A DNA stretch of 64,000 nt from an uncultured Thermoplasmata archaeon (lineage in GTDB: Archaea; Thermoplasmatota; Thermoplasmata; UBA10834), in NCBI GenBank assembly GCA_964644565.1, contig CAZXWO010000003.1, forward strand, positions 4,613-68,612, in the 5' to 3' direction. The notes beneath the pieces are model-generated. The model was not told the DNA's origin, did not search any database, and saw only the letters and a list, made by a program, of their open reading frames with translations. The position numbers and the translations under genes are program-made. Every line of letters starts with the position of its first letter. The stretch's first letter is position 1. Shown in pieces: positions 9,033-16,995 of the stretch.

Positions 9033-9662
9033 TCACCTGTTGTCCTCTTCCCCCCAGATGATCTTGTGAAGCTGGGGCATGACGCGGACGTCCAGGTTGT
9101 CCTTGATGGCGTTCTCGGCCAGCCACTTCAGGTCCTTCCCGCCGACGGGGGTGAGTATGACGTCGCACGTGGGGGGGTGCTCCCTGATGACCTTCTTCGC
9201 GTACTCGTAGTCGGCCTCGTCCGAGACCACGAACTTCAGCTGGTCCGTCGGGCCGAGCATCTCCAGGTTCTCGAAGAGCATCTTGCCGGCCTCCCCGGAC
9301 GAGGGGCACTTGATGTCCATGCTGATGGAGAGGTTGTCGTCGCAGGGCATCTCGTCCAACGGCATCGCCCCGTTCGTCTCCACCACGACCTTGTATCCCT
9401 CCCCCAGCAGCTTGCCGATCAGCGAGGGCGCGTCCTTCTGGACCAGCGGCTCGCCCCCCGTTATGCAGACATGGCGCGCCCTGTGCGTCCTCACCTCCTT
9501 CATGATGGACTCGACGCTCATGATGGAGCCCTCATCGTACGCCTGCTTCGTGTCGCAGTAAGTGCACCTCAGCGGGCAGCCGGACGTCCTCACGAACGTC
9601 GTCGGCGCCCCCATGGTCCTGCCCTCTCCCTGGATCGACTTGAATATCGAGTACACCTTCAC
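9033..9662 (-). CDS. queE: 7-carboxy-7-deazaguanine synthase (radical SAM)
   Basis: Contains the IFKSIQGEG and CPLRCTYCDT motifs. The GTG start at 9662 is preceded by GGTGAGGA and overlaps the queC stop (GTGA). The upstream part of the track ORF is a spurious extension. Confidence 0.9.
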   Translation of the reverse strand: MKVYSIFKSIQGEGRTMGAPTTFVRTSGCPLRCTYCDTKQAYDEGSIMSVESIMKEVRTHRARHVCITGGEPLVQKDAPSLIGKLLGEGYKVVVETNGAMPLDEMPCDDNLSISMDIKCPSSGEAGKMLFENLEMLGPTDQLKFVVSDEADYEYAKKVIREHPPTCDVILTPVGGKDLKWLAENAIKDNLDVRVMPQLHKIIWGEEDNR

Positions 9663-10345
9663 GTCCTCACCTCGTAGTCCAGCGGGTCCTCCGCGCCGGC
9701 CTGCCTGAAGCCCTCGAGCCTGAGCAGGCAGGAGTCGCACCTCCCGCAGGCCCTGTCGCCCCCCTTGTAGCAGCTCCATGTGAGCCCCACGGGCACCTCG
9801 AGCCTCAGCGCCTCGCGCACTATCTGGGCCTTCGTCATCCCTATCACGGGCGCCTCGACCCTGATCGGCCTGCCCTCCCTCCCGGCCTTGGTGCCGACAT
9901 CCAGCACCTGCTGGAACGCGCCGATGAACTCCGGGGTGCAGTCCGGGTAACCGCTGAAGTCCACGGAGTTGGCCGCGATGTACACGGCCTCCGCCCCGAC
10001 GCTCTCCGCGATGGAGGCCGCAATGCTGAGGAAGACTATGTTCCTGGACGGGACGTAGGTGCTGGGCACGCCCTCGGCGATCTCCGGCCTCGACCGTCCC
10101 TCCGGGACGGAGCGGTCGGCGTGGGTGAGGGAGCTGTCGAGCAGGGGGCCGAACGGCAAGGACACGACCACGTGCTCGCCGGCCCCGAGTGCTTCGGCGA
10201 CGGCCCTGGCGGACGCGACCTCCCTGTCGTGCCTCTGGCCGTAGTCGAAGGTCAGTGCCAGGACGTCGTGCCCCCTCTCCCTCGCGATTGCCAGCACCGT
10301 GGACGAATCGAGGCCTCCGGACAGCAGCACGACAGCCTTGGGCAT
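9659..10345 (-). CDS. queC: 7-cyano-7-deazaguanine synthase
   Basis: MPKAVVLLSGGLDSSTVLA (PP-loop) is at the N-terminus and CGRCDSCLLR (zinc site) at the C-terminus. The ATG is at 10345, inside the longer track ORF. Confidence 0.95.
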   Translation of the reverse strand: MPKAVVLLSGGLDSSTVLAIARERGHDVLALTFDYGQRHDREVASARAVAEALGAGEHVVVSLPFGPLLDSSLTHADRSVPEGRSRPEIAEGVPSTYVPSRNIVFLSIAASIAESVGAEAVYIAANSVDFSGYPDCTPEFIGAFQQVLDVGTKAGREGRPIRVEAPVIGMTKAQIVREALRLEVPVGLTWSCYKGGDRACGRCDSCLLRLEGFRQAGAEDPLDYEVRT

Positions 10346-10362
10346 GGAATGTCTCCCCCGAC

Positions 10363-10830
10363 TCAGAGGTCCCGGGAGGTCCAGACGCCCTGGCCCCTCC
10401 CCTCGTCGACGCCGATCTCCACCCTCTTGACGTTCTCCGGGAACTGGACCCTCTCGAGGAGGCGCCGTATGACCCACTCCGAGATCTCCTCGGCCGACGT
10501 CACGGAGACGTCCAGCAGGACGCAGTCCGACCGGGGGAACTCGTAGGACTTCCCGCCGGCGGAGTACCTCACGGACTCGCCGCTGGGGACCACCGAAGGG
10601 TCGTTCCCGGGGACGAGGACCTTGTGGTCCAGCTCCGCTGCCACGTTCCTCAGGAACTCCTTGACGCTGATGAAGTCCATTATGACGCCGTCCCTGCCGA
10701 TCTCCCCTTCTATGACCGCGTTTATCGCATAATCGTGGCCGTGCAGCCGGCCGCACTTCGAGTGCCCTGCGATCAGGTGGGTCGCGGAGAACGTTATCTT
10801 CGAGACCCAGCCGTTTATCTCCAGCCTCAT
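10363..10830 (-). CDS. queD: 6-carboxy-5,6,7,8-tetrahydropterin synthase
   Basis: FSATHLIAGHSKCGRLHGHDY is a PTPS/QueD signature. Confidence 0.9.
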   Translation of the reverse strand: MRLEINGWVSKITFSATHLIAGHSKCGRLHGHDYAINAVIEGEIGRDGVIMDFISVKEFLRNVAAELDHKVLVPGNDPSVVPSGESVRYSAGGKSYEFPRSDCVLLDVSVTSAEEISEWVIRRLLERVQFPENVKRVEIGVDEGRGQGVWTSRDL

Positions 10831-10865
10831 CGGATTGGGATAGCTCGGGAGGCCTTAAAATAGTT

Positions 10866-11633
10866 TCACGGCCGACGCCGGCCGACGCGCTGGGCCAGGC
10901 CAGCGGCGAGCATCACGGCGTCCGAGAAGTCCGCCTTCGCCCGAGTGGTGTCCACGAAGACCCTCGCCAGGTTCACGATGGGGGCGCCGTAGGCCTCGCA
11001 GCCGCCTACCAGGTGTAGGGTCCTGAACATCAGGTTGCCGGAGACGCCGTCCGGGGCCACCACGAGGTCCCGCTCGGCCACGGCCTGCTCCACGAGTATC
11101 GCGTAGTGCCTCGCGTCCAGCCCCGACCGGGCCAGGTCGGACGCGAGCCTCTCCCCGTCCTCCAGGCTGCTCCGTATTTCCTCGCCCCTCCCAACGTCCT
11201 CGGCCCTGCCCTTCGAGAGCACGCCGACGCTCAACCTCCAGCCGACCTGGCCGAAGTACTCCGAGGCGCTGAGGACCAGCCTCAGCCTCGCCCCCGGGTC
11301 CCTCCCCTCGTCGATGCCCACCGGGGCGAGCAGGAAGGGCCGCCTCATCCTGTCGGCCAGGACGGCCACGCGCATGACCTCCTCCAGGCCGAAGACTTCC
11401 TTGAGCTGCGAAAGCGCGTCGGAGGACGACAGGGTCCCGCGCACCGCGGCGTCCACCCTGCCCTCGCTGAGGGCGAGCATCAGTTCCCGGGCGGAGTCGA
11501 AGCGCTCCAGCCTGACGCCGCAGCCCAGCCCCCTGAGCCTCGCGGCGGTCGCGACCAGGAGGTGCTCCGGCACCCCTATGCCCACGACGGACCCGCTCGA
11601 GCACCCGCAGGACATGAGACCGGGGACATCCAT
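10866..11633 (-). CDS. phosphotransacetylase-fold protein, MtxX / methanogen-marker-4-like
   Basis: Only the last 255 codons of track ORF 10866..12470 look coding. The Pta-like motifs are VRGTLSSSDAL, APDGVSGNLMFRTL and FVDTTRA. The ATG at 11633 lies 14 nt after the dph2 stop. Confidence 0.6.
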   Translation of the reverse strand: MDVPGLMSCGCSSGSVVGIGVPEHLLVATAARLRGLGCGVRLERFDSARELMLALSEGRVDAAVRGTLSSSDALSQLKEVFGLEEVMRVAVLADRMRRPFLLAPVGIDEGRDPGARLRLVLSASEYFGQVGWRLSVGVLSKGRAEDVGRGEEIRSSLEDGERLASDLARSGLDARHYAILVEQAVAERDLVVAPDGVSGNLMFRTLHLVGGCEAYGAPIVNLARVFVDTTRAKADFSDAVMLAAGLAQRVGRRRP

Positions 11634-11647
11634 CGGGACAGCACCGC

Positions 11648-12658
11648 CTACTGCTCGTCCTCGGTCATCTGGTCGAAGACGTAGTTCTCCCATTTCCTGA
11701 CGCCGAGGACGATCTCCAGCTCCTGAGGGGTCAGCAGCGGCTTGTCGTACATCATCACGTCGTCGATCGCGATCCTGGGGCAGGCGGTGGACACGTACGC
11801 GTCGAACCCCAGCGACTTCAGCTTCTCCGGGTCGAACTTGTCCATCATTATGAGCACCGCGTCCCTGCGCTTCCACCTCAGCAGTTTGCGCAGTTCCCTG
11901 GCACGCCTGAGCCTCCTCTGGCCGACCTTCTCCCCTATGATTATGCCGAAGGTCCTGGCCCTCTGCGCCCTCTCTATGACGGCGTGCCTCTGCCGCAACA
12001 CCTTGTCCTTGACCTGGTCTATCTCCACCGGGTCGTCCAGGTGCGGGTCGAGGATCACGACCTTCTTGCCGGTGGCGAGGTGCACCCCGAGGGCGTGGAA
12101 GGTGCCGCTGCCGATCAGGAGGTAGCTGTTGACGTCCTTGATGATGGAGTGGGCGGAGGAGTAGTTGCACCCGAGGACCTCGCCCGCGTGCGATATCCTG
12201 CCGTCCCCCTCCCCCAGGCGCACCTTGAGGCCCAGGCTCTCGAGCCCCTCGACGACGCCGTCCAGCTCGGTCAGGTGGGGGGTGGTCGCCAGCACTCCCA
12301 CGGGTTCCTTGAGCAGGTCCACGGACTTCTTCAGCTGGTCGCCCATCGGCGCCTTGGAATGGGCCGAGACGAATATCACGGGCTTCGAGAACCTCAGCGA
12401 CGGGATGGGCGAGTGGCCGATGTGGACGACCGCGTCGACCATGTCGAACAGCGAGCTCGGGACGTCGCACGCGCCGAAGCAGGGCTCGGCGACCACGACG
12501 ACCTCAGATCCCGAGTTCTTCTCTATGTCCTCGGCGTACTGGTAGGCCCTCCTCTTCAGCCCCTCCGGGACCTGCAGGGCCACGACCCTCGCCTTGATCC
12601 TCTTCAGTTCCGCTATCGCGCCGGCGAGGTCCACATCGAACACGTCCTCTTCCCCCAC
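11648..12658 (-). CDS. dph2: 2-(3-amino-3-carboxypropyl)histidine synthase (diphthamide synthesis, radical SAM-like Dph2)
   Basis: LQVPEGLKRRA, EPCFGACD and GSGTFHALG are Dph2 family patterns. The start is a GTG. Confidence 0.88.
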   Translation of the reverse strand: MGEEDVFDVDLAGAIAELKRIKARVVALQVPEGLKRRAYQYAEDIEKNSGSEVVVVAEPCFGACDVPSSLFDMVDAVVHIGHSPIPSLRFSKPVIFVSAHSKAPMGDQLKKSVDLLKEPVGVLATTPHLTELDGVVEGLESLGLKVRLGEGDGRISHAGEVLGCNYSSAHSIIKDVNSYLLIGSGTFHALGVHLATGKKVVILDPHLDDPVEIDQVKDKVLRQRHAVIERAQRARTFGIIIGEKVGQRRLRRARELRKLLRWKRRDAVLIMMDKFDPEKLKSLGFDAYVSTACPRIAIDDVMMYDKPLLTPQELEIVLGVRKWENYVFDQMTEDEQ

Positions 12659-12724
12659 CTCCCCTGCAGACGGCCGACCGCGGCCCTAGCGGGAGGGACA
12701 TGGGGGTGTACAGTAGCCCTTCGT

Positions 12725-12730
12725 AAAAAA
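12725..12730 (-). terminator. oligo-T tract (T6 on minus strand) about 30 nt downstream of rpl10e
   Basis: The plus strand reads AAAAAA at 12725-12730. Archaeal terminators are oligo-T runs. The tract also lies in the dph2 upstream spacer. Confidence 0.35.
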
Positions 12731-12760
12731 CATTGTGCGGTGCGGGCCCGACGGGGAGGC

Positions 12761-13288
12761 TCACTCGGCGGGTGCGACGACCTTCTTCGGGGCCCTCTCG
12801 ACGTCGATGTAGCACGGGGTAGGGAGCTTTATCGCGGCCCTCTTCAGAGCCTGCTTGGCCGTGGCGATGTGCGCGGCGGTGGTCTCCAGGGTGATGAGCC
12901 CCTGGTCGGGCTTGATCCTTGCCGCGGTGCCGATGGGCTTGCCGAACGCGGCCCTCATCCCCTCGGAGATACGGTCAGCGCCTGCGCCCGTCGCGATCTT
13001 GTTCTCGCGGAGGACGTTGTGCGGATACACCCGGATCTTCAGGTGGTACCCCGTGGTGCCGATCTTCTTCGCGAGCAGCCTGTTGGCCGAGATACGGGCG
13101 GCCTCGAGCGCTATGTGCCTGATCTGGCACTGCTCGACCGCCTTGAGCGTCATGCGGACGGGGTAGTCCCCCTTGACCCCGTGCTCGAACTGGGTGATCC
13201 TGTTGGCGGGAACCCCTCCCATGTACTCCCTGCGGCAGTAGGCCTGCCCCTTGATCTCCCTGTACATGCTTCCGGGTTTCCGAGTCAT
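12761..13288 (-). CDS. rpl10e: 50S ribosomal protein L10e (uL16)
   Basis: MTRKPGSMYREIKGQAYCRREYMGGVP is a canonical L10e N-terminus. Confidence 0.95.
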   Translation of the reverse strand: MTRKPGSMYREIKGQAYCRREYMGGVPANRITQFEHGVKGDYPVRMTLKAVEQCQIRHIALEAARISANRLLAKKIGTTGYHLKIRVYPHNVLRENKIATGAGADRISEGMRAAFGKPIGTAARIKPDQGLITLETTAAHIATAKQALKRAAIKLPTPCYIDVERAPKKVVAPAE

Positions 13289-13454
13289 ATGACCACAACT
13301 GGTGGTAGGCTGATACCAGGTCTGCGGGATAAAGGTAGTCGTATATAAAACTCACTGACCCGGGGAAGTTGGCGGTGTGGGGCGCCCGGGAGCCCCTGGC
13401 ACCGCTGGCCGGAGGGCAGGAGTATATCTATGCCCAAGCCCTTGACAACCGCGC

Positions 13455-13775
13455 ATGGCCCGCAGGCACGTGAGCAAGAGAGGGGCGAAGGACATCGCCG
13501 AGGAGAGGGTCGACATACTCTTCGGCGAGGCCGCGGCGGAGGCCCGCAGGGGCGACGACGCCAGGGCCAGGAGGTACGTCGGGCTCGCCCTCAGGATGAG
13601 CGAGAGGCACAAGGTGAAGGCCAGCCACAAGAGGACCTACTGCCCAGAGTGCCACACGTACTTCGTCCCACCGAGGAACGTCCGGGTGAGGACGGGCTCC
13701 GGGAGGGTGTCGATGACCTGCCTGTCGTGCGGGCACGTGCTCAGGTATCCCATGAAGGCCAAGGGGAGGGTGTGA
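13455..13775 (+). CDS. rnp4: RNase P protein component 4 (Rpp21/Rnp4)
   Basis: Has a helical N-terminal half (IAEERVDILFGEA...RRYVGLALRMS) and a zinc ribbon (CPECHTYF...CLSCGH). Confidence 0.85.
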   Translation: MARRHVSKRGAKDIAEERVDILFGEAAAEARRGDDARARRYVGLALRMSERHKVKASHKRTYCPECHTYFVPPRNVRVRTGSGRVSMTCLSCGHVLRYPMKAKGRV

Positions 13776-13779
13776 CGCG

Positions 13780-14037
13780 ATGGACAAGAAGAGGAAGGCG
13801 CAGCTGAAGGGGGCCGCCCAGCACATCGACGCCACGGTGTACGTCGGGAAGGACGGCGTCACCGCGGAGGTCGTGGGCGAGGTCGTGAAGCAGCTGAAGC
13901 GGAAGCGGCTCGTTAAGGTGAGGCTCCTCCCGTCGATGGAGCAGGAGAGGCACGAGGCGGCGGAGAAGCTTGCATCGGCGGCGGCCGCGGTCCTCGTTGA
14001 GGTGCGCGGCAGGACCGCGGTGCTGGCGAGGGACTGA
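13780..14037 (+). CDS. YhbY/CRM-domain RNA-binding protein
   Basis: LKGAAQHIDATVYVGKDGVTAEVVGEVVKQLKRKRLVKVRL matches the YhbY pattern. Confidence 0.8.
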   Translation: MDKKRKAQLKGAAQHIDATVYVGKDGVTAEVVGEVVKQLKRKRLVKVRLLPSMEQERHEAAEKLASAAAAVLVEVRGRTAVLARD

Positions 14038-14100
14038 GCCCCCTGCTCAGGGTTTATATACGGACATGCACGTTGACAAACGGTCCGAAGGTGTCCAGGC

Positions 14101-15363
14101 ATGCTAGACGCGAGGTACATCCGGGATAACGAGGCGGCCGTGAGGCAGGCCCTGAAGGACAGGAGGTCCGACGAGTCCGTCCTCGACCGGTTCGTGGAGC
14201 TCGACTCCAGGTGGCGCTCCCTCACGGAGGAGGGTAACGCCCTCAGGCGGCACAGGAACGAGGTCTCGGAGCAGGTGCCGAAGCTGCCCAAGGAGGAGAA
14301 GCAGGCCAAGATCACCGAGATGAAGGCCACCGCCGAGAGGATCAGGGTGATCGAGGCGGAGGTCAAGAAGATAGAGGGCGAGAGGGACGACCTCCTGCTC
14401 AACATACCGAACATGCCGGACCCGAGCGTGCCCGTCGGCGACCTCGACGCCGGCGATGTGTTCCTCCGCACATGGGGGACGAAGAGGGACTTCGACTTCA
14501 AGCCGCTCCCCCACTGGGAGATCGGGGAGAAGCTGGACATCCTCGACTTCGACCGCGGGGTCAAGGTCACCGGGACGGGGTTCTACGTCCTCAAGGGGGA
14601 CGGGGCGAGGCTCGAGAGGGCGCTCATCAACTTCATGCTCGACCTGCACCACGCGCAGGGCTACAGGGAGGTGTTCCCCCCGGCCATCGTCAACCGCAAG
14701 AGCTGCATCGGCACGGGCCAGCTGCCCAAGATGCAGGACGACATGTACTGGGTGGAGAGGGACGACCTCTGGCTCAACCCGACGGCGGAGGTGCCCGTCA
14801 CCAACCTGTACTCGGACGAGATATTCGACATGAGACAGCTCCCGGTCTACCACACGGCGTACCTCCCCTCGTTCAGGCGCGAGGCGGGGAAGCACATAGA
14901 GACCAAGGGGATTGCCAGGGTGCACCAGTTCAACAAGGTGGAGCTGGTCAAGTTCGTCGTGCCTGAGACCTCGCAGCAGGAGCTGGAGACGCTCCTCGCC
15001 GACGCTGAGGCCGTGACAAAGGCGCTCGAGCTCCCCTACAGGATCAGGCTCCTCTGCACCGGGAGCGTGGGGTTCCACTCGTCCAAGACCTACGACATCG
15101 AGGCCTATGCGCCGGGCATGGACCAGTGGCTCGAGGTCTCGTCGTGCAGCGACTTCAAGGAGTTCCAGGCCCGGAGGGCGATGATCAAGTTCAGGCGGGA
15201 GCCGCACCTGAAGAGCGAGTTCGTCCACACCCTGAACGGGTCGGGCATAGCGCTGCCCAGGACGATGGCGGCCGTGCTCGAGAACTACCAGAACAAGGAC
15301 GGGACCGTGACGGTGCCCGAGGTTCTCAGGCCCTATATGAAGGGGACCGAGCTCATAGGCTGA
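14101..15363 (+). CDS. serS: seryl-tRNA synthetase
   Basis: Has the N-terminal coiled coil MLDARYIRDNEAAV, the class II motifs FRREAG and GSGIALPRTMAAVLENYQ. Confidence 0.95.
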   Translation: MLDARYIRDNEAAVRQALKDRRSDESVLDRFVELDSRWRSLTEEGNALRRHRNEVSEQVPKLPKEEKQAKITEMKATAERIRVIEAEVKKIEGERDDLLLNIPNMPDPSVPVGDLDAGDVFLRTWGTKRDFDFKPLPHWEIGEKLDILDFDRGVKVTGTGFYVLKGDGARLERALINFMLDLHHAQGYREVFPPAIVNRKSCIGTGQLPKMQDDMYWVERDDLWLNPTAEVPVTNLYSDEIFDMRQLPVYHTAYLPSFRREAGKHIETKGIARVHQFNKVELVKFVVPETSQQELETLLADAEAVTKALELPYRIRLLCTGSVGFHSSKTYDIEAYAPGMDQWLEVSSCSDFKEFQARRAMIKFRREPHLKSEFVHTLNGSGIALPRTMAAVLENYQNKDGTVTVPEVLRPYMKGTELIG

Positions 15364-15718
15364 GCCAGCGGCCCTGGTAGGTCGGGCCGCCGCGGGGCCG
15401 TCTTCGCACGGTTGAGAATCACCGCTGATTGCCAGACGTCCCCCTTTTATACCCTCGCGGACAGGATATCGACTCAGTAACAAGGGAAAGGGTCCGCGAT
15501 GAAGAAGGACACGCGCTTCGCGCTACTGGTCGGGAAGGCCTTCCTCAAGGAGATTGAGGACGGCCACAGGGATACCGCGATCGCCTTCGGACGGGCGTTC
15601 CTGCTGGCGTTGGGCCGACAAGGCCCTGACGCAGGCGACGACTTCGATGCGCTGAACGGCAGGGGCCACTCGCACGCCATGGCGATGGCGCACAACTGAC
15701 CGGGCAAGGCCACATTTC

Positions 15719-16942
15719 TCAGATGCCGAACGGCTTGTGCCCGCCGCGCCTCAGTGTGTACTTCAGTATCGGCGGGGTCACCAGCGCGGTGGCGAGGCCC
15801 ATGAACACCACCACGGAGTAGACGTCCCCCAGTATTATTCCAGTGGACAGGCCGTAATACGCGATGATGAAGGCGATCTCGAGCCTCGGCATCATGCCCA
15901 CTCCCACCGAGACGGCGTCCCACTTCGACATCCCAGAGAAGCGGGCGGGCAGGGCGCAGCCCAGGACCTTGGACAGGAGCGCAGCGACCGTCAGGACTAC
16001 GCCGAAGATGATGGAGTCCCAGATGTCGCCAAGGTTCACGGCGGTGCCCAGCGACACGAAGAATATGGGGACGAACAGGGCCTCCAGGTACTGAGTCCCC
16101 TTCCTGAAGCCGTCCCTGAGGGCCGAGCCCGAGAAGGCCGTGCCCGCCACGAACGCCCCGACTATGGCGGATATCTGTATCGTCTCTGCGATGAACGCGT
16201 ACAGGAACGCGATGGCCAGCGCGAGGATGAACCCGCTCATGGGCATCTTCCTCCTGTAGCCTGAGATCTGGACGTCGAACACGAGCTTGGCGAGGAACCT
16301 CGACCCGACATACGCCCCGATGACGACGAACAGGACCGCGCCGACCATCAGCAGGCCTATACCAACTGCGTCGAACTCCCCAGAAGCCATGCCCTTCGAG
16401 ATGCCCAGGACGACCATGCCCAGTATGTCGTCGACGACCGCAGCGCCGACGATGGCGTACGCGACTGGGGTGCCGATGAGCCCCAGCTCGGACAGGACGC
16501 TCGCGGTCACGGCCACGCTCGTCGCCACGAGGGTGGCGCCGATGAACACCGCGTCCGCGCCGTACCCGAACAGGTGGGCGACGCCGAACCCGAACACCCA
16601 GGGGATGACCACTCCGCCGAGCGCGATGGAGATCGACTTCCGGGTGTAGATCTCCTTGAGGTCGCACTCGAGGCCGATCATGAAGAGGAGTATTATGGCC
16701 CCCATCTCCGAGAGCATCATGATGGTCTCGGGGAGGCCTGAGGTGCCGCCCGTGCCCTCCCCGATTATGCCGAGGACGCTCGGGCCTATGACCACGCCGA
16801 TGACGATGTACCCTATGACCTTCGGCTGCCCGAACCTCGCGAACAGGAATGCCGCGATGAGCGATACCGCGAGCAGGAAGGTGAGCTCGAACCACACCTC
16901 CTCAAGGAGGGTGTCGAGTATGGACTCCAGTACGACCGACAT
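15719..16942 (-). CDS. cation:proton antiporter (CPA2, Kef/NapA-type), paralog A
   Basis: About 12 TM helices. Contains the GPSVLG, LLFMIGLE and AAVVDDILG motifs of Na+/H+ exchanger family proteins. Confidence 0.88.
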   Translation of the reverse strand: MSVVLESILDTLLEEVWFELTFLLAVSLIAAFLFARFGQPKVIGYIVIGVVIGPSVLGIIGEGTGGTSGLPETIMMLSEMGAIILLFMIGLECDLKEIYTRKSISIALGGVVIPWVFGFGVAHLFGYGADAVFIGATLVATSVAVTASVLSELGLIGTPVAYAIVGAAVVDDILGMVVLGISKGMASGEFDAVGIGLLMVGAVLFVVIGAYVGSRFLAKLVFDVQISGYRRKMPMSGFILALAIAFLYAFIAETIQISAIVGAFVAGTAFSGSALRDGFRKGTQYLEALFVPIFFVSLGTAVNLGDIWDSIIFGVVLTVAALLSKVLGCALPARFSGMSKWDAVSVGVGMMPRLEIAFIIAYYGLSTGIILGDVYSVVVFMGLATALVTPPILKYTLRRGGHKPFGI

Positions 16943-16995
16943 CTAGTATCTGCCCTCGGATGCGATAGCAGCACTTAGAATTTTCTAGGGGAGGC

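Noticed and set aside
11634-12470. N-terminal 279 codons of track ORF 10866..12470, which would give a 534-aa protein
   Set aside because: This part overlaps dph2 in another frame and is Arg/Gly/Pro-rich. Pta-like homology starts only after the ATG at 11633. The same logic was applied to the long upstream extensions of queC, queE, pstB, the GT2-GtrA gene and the second saccharopine dehydrogenase.
15499-15699. 66-aa ORF in the serS / antiporter spacer, with a TTTTATA element about 50 nt upstream
   Set aside because: No recognisable motif and no support beyond being open. It may be a real small protein, but I cannot support it from sequence alone.
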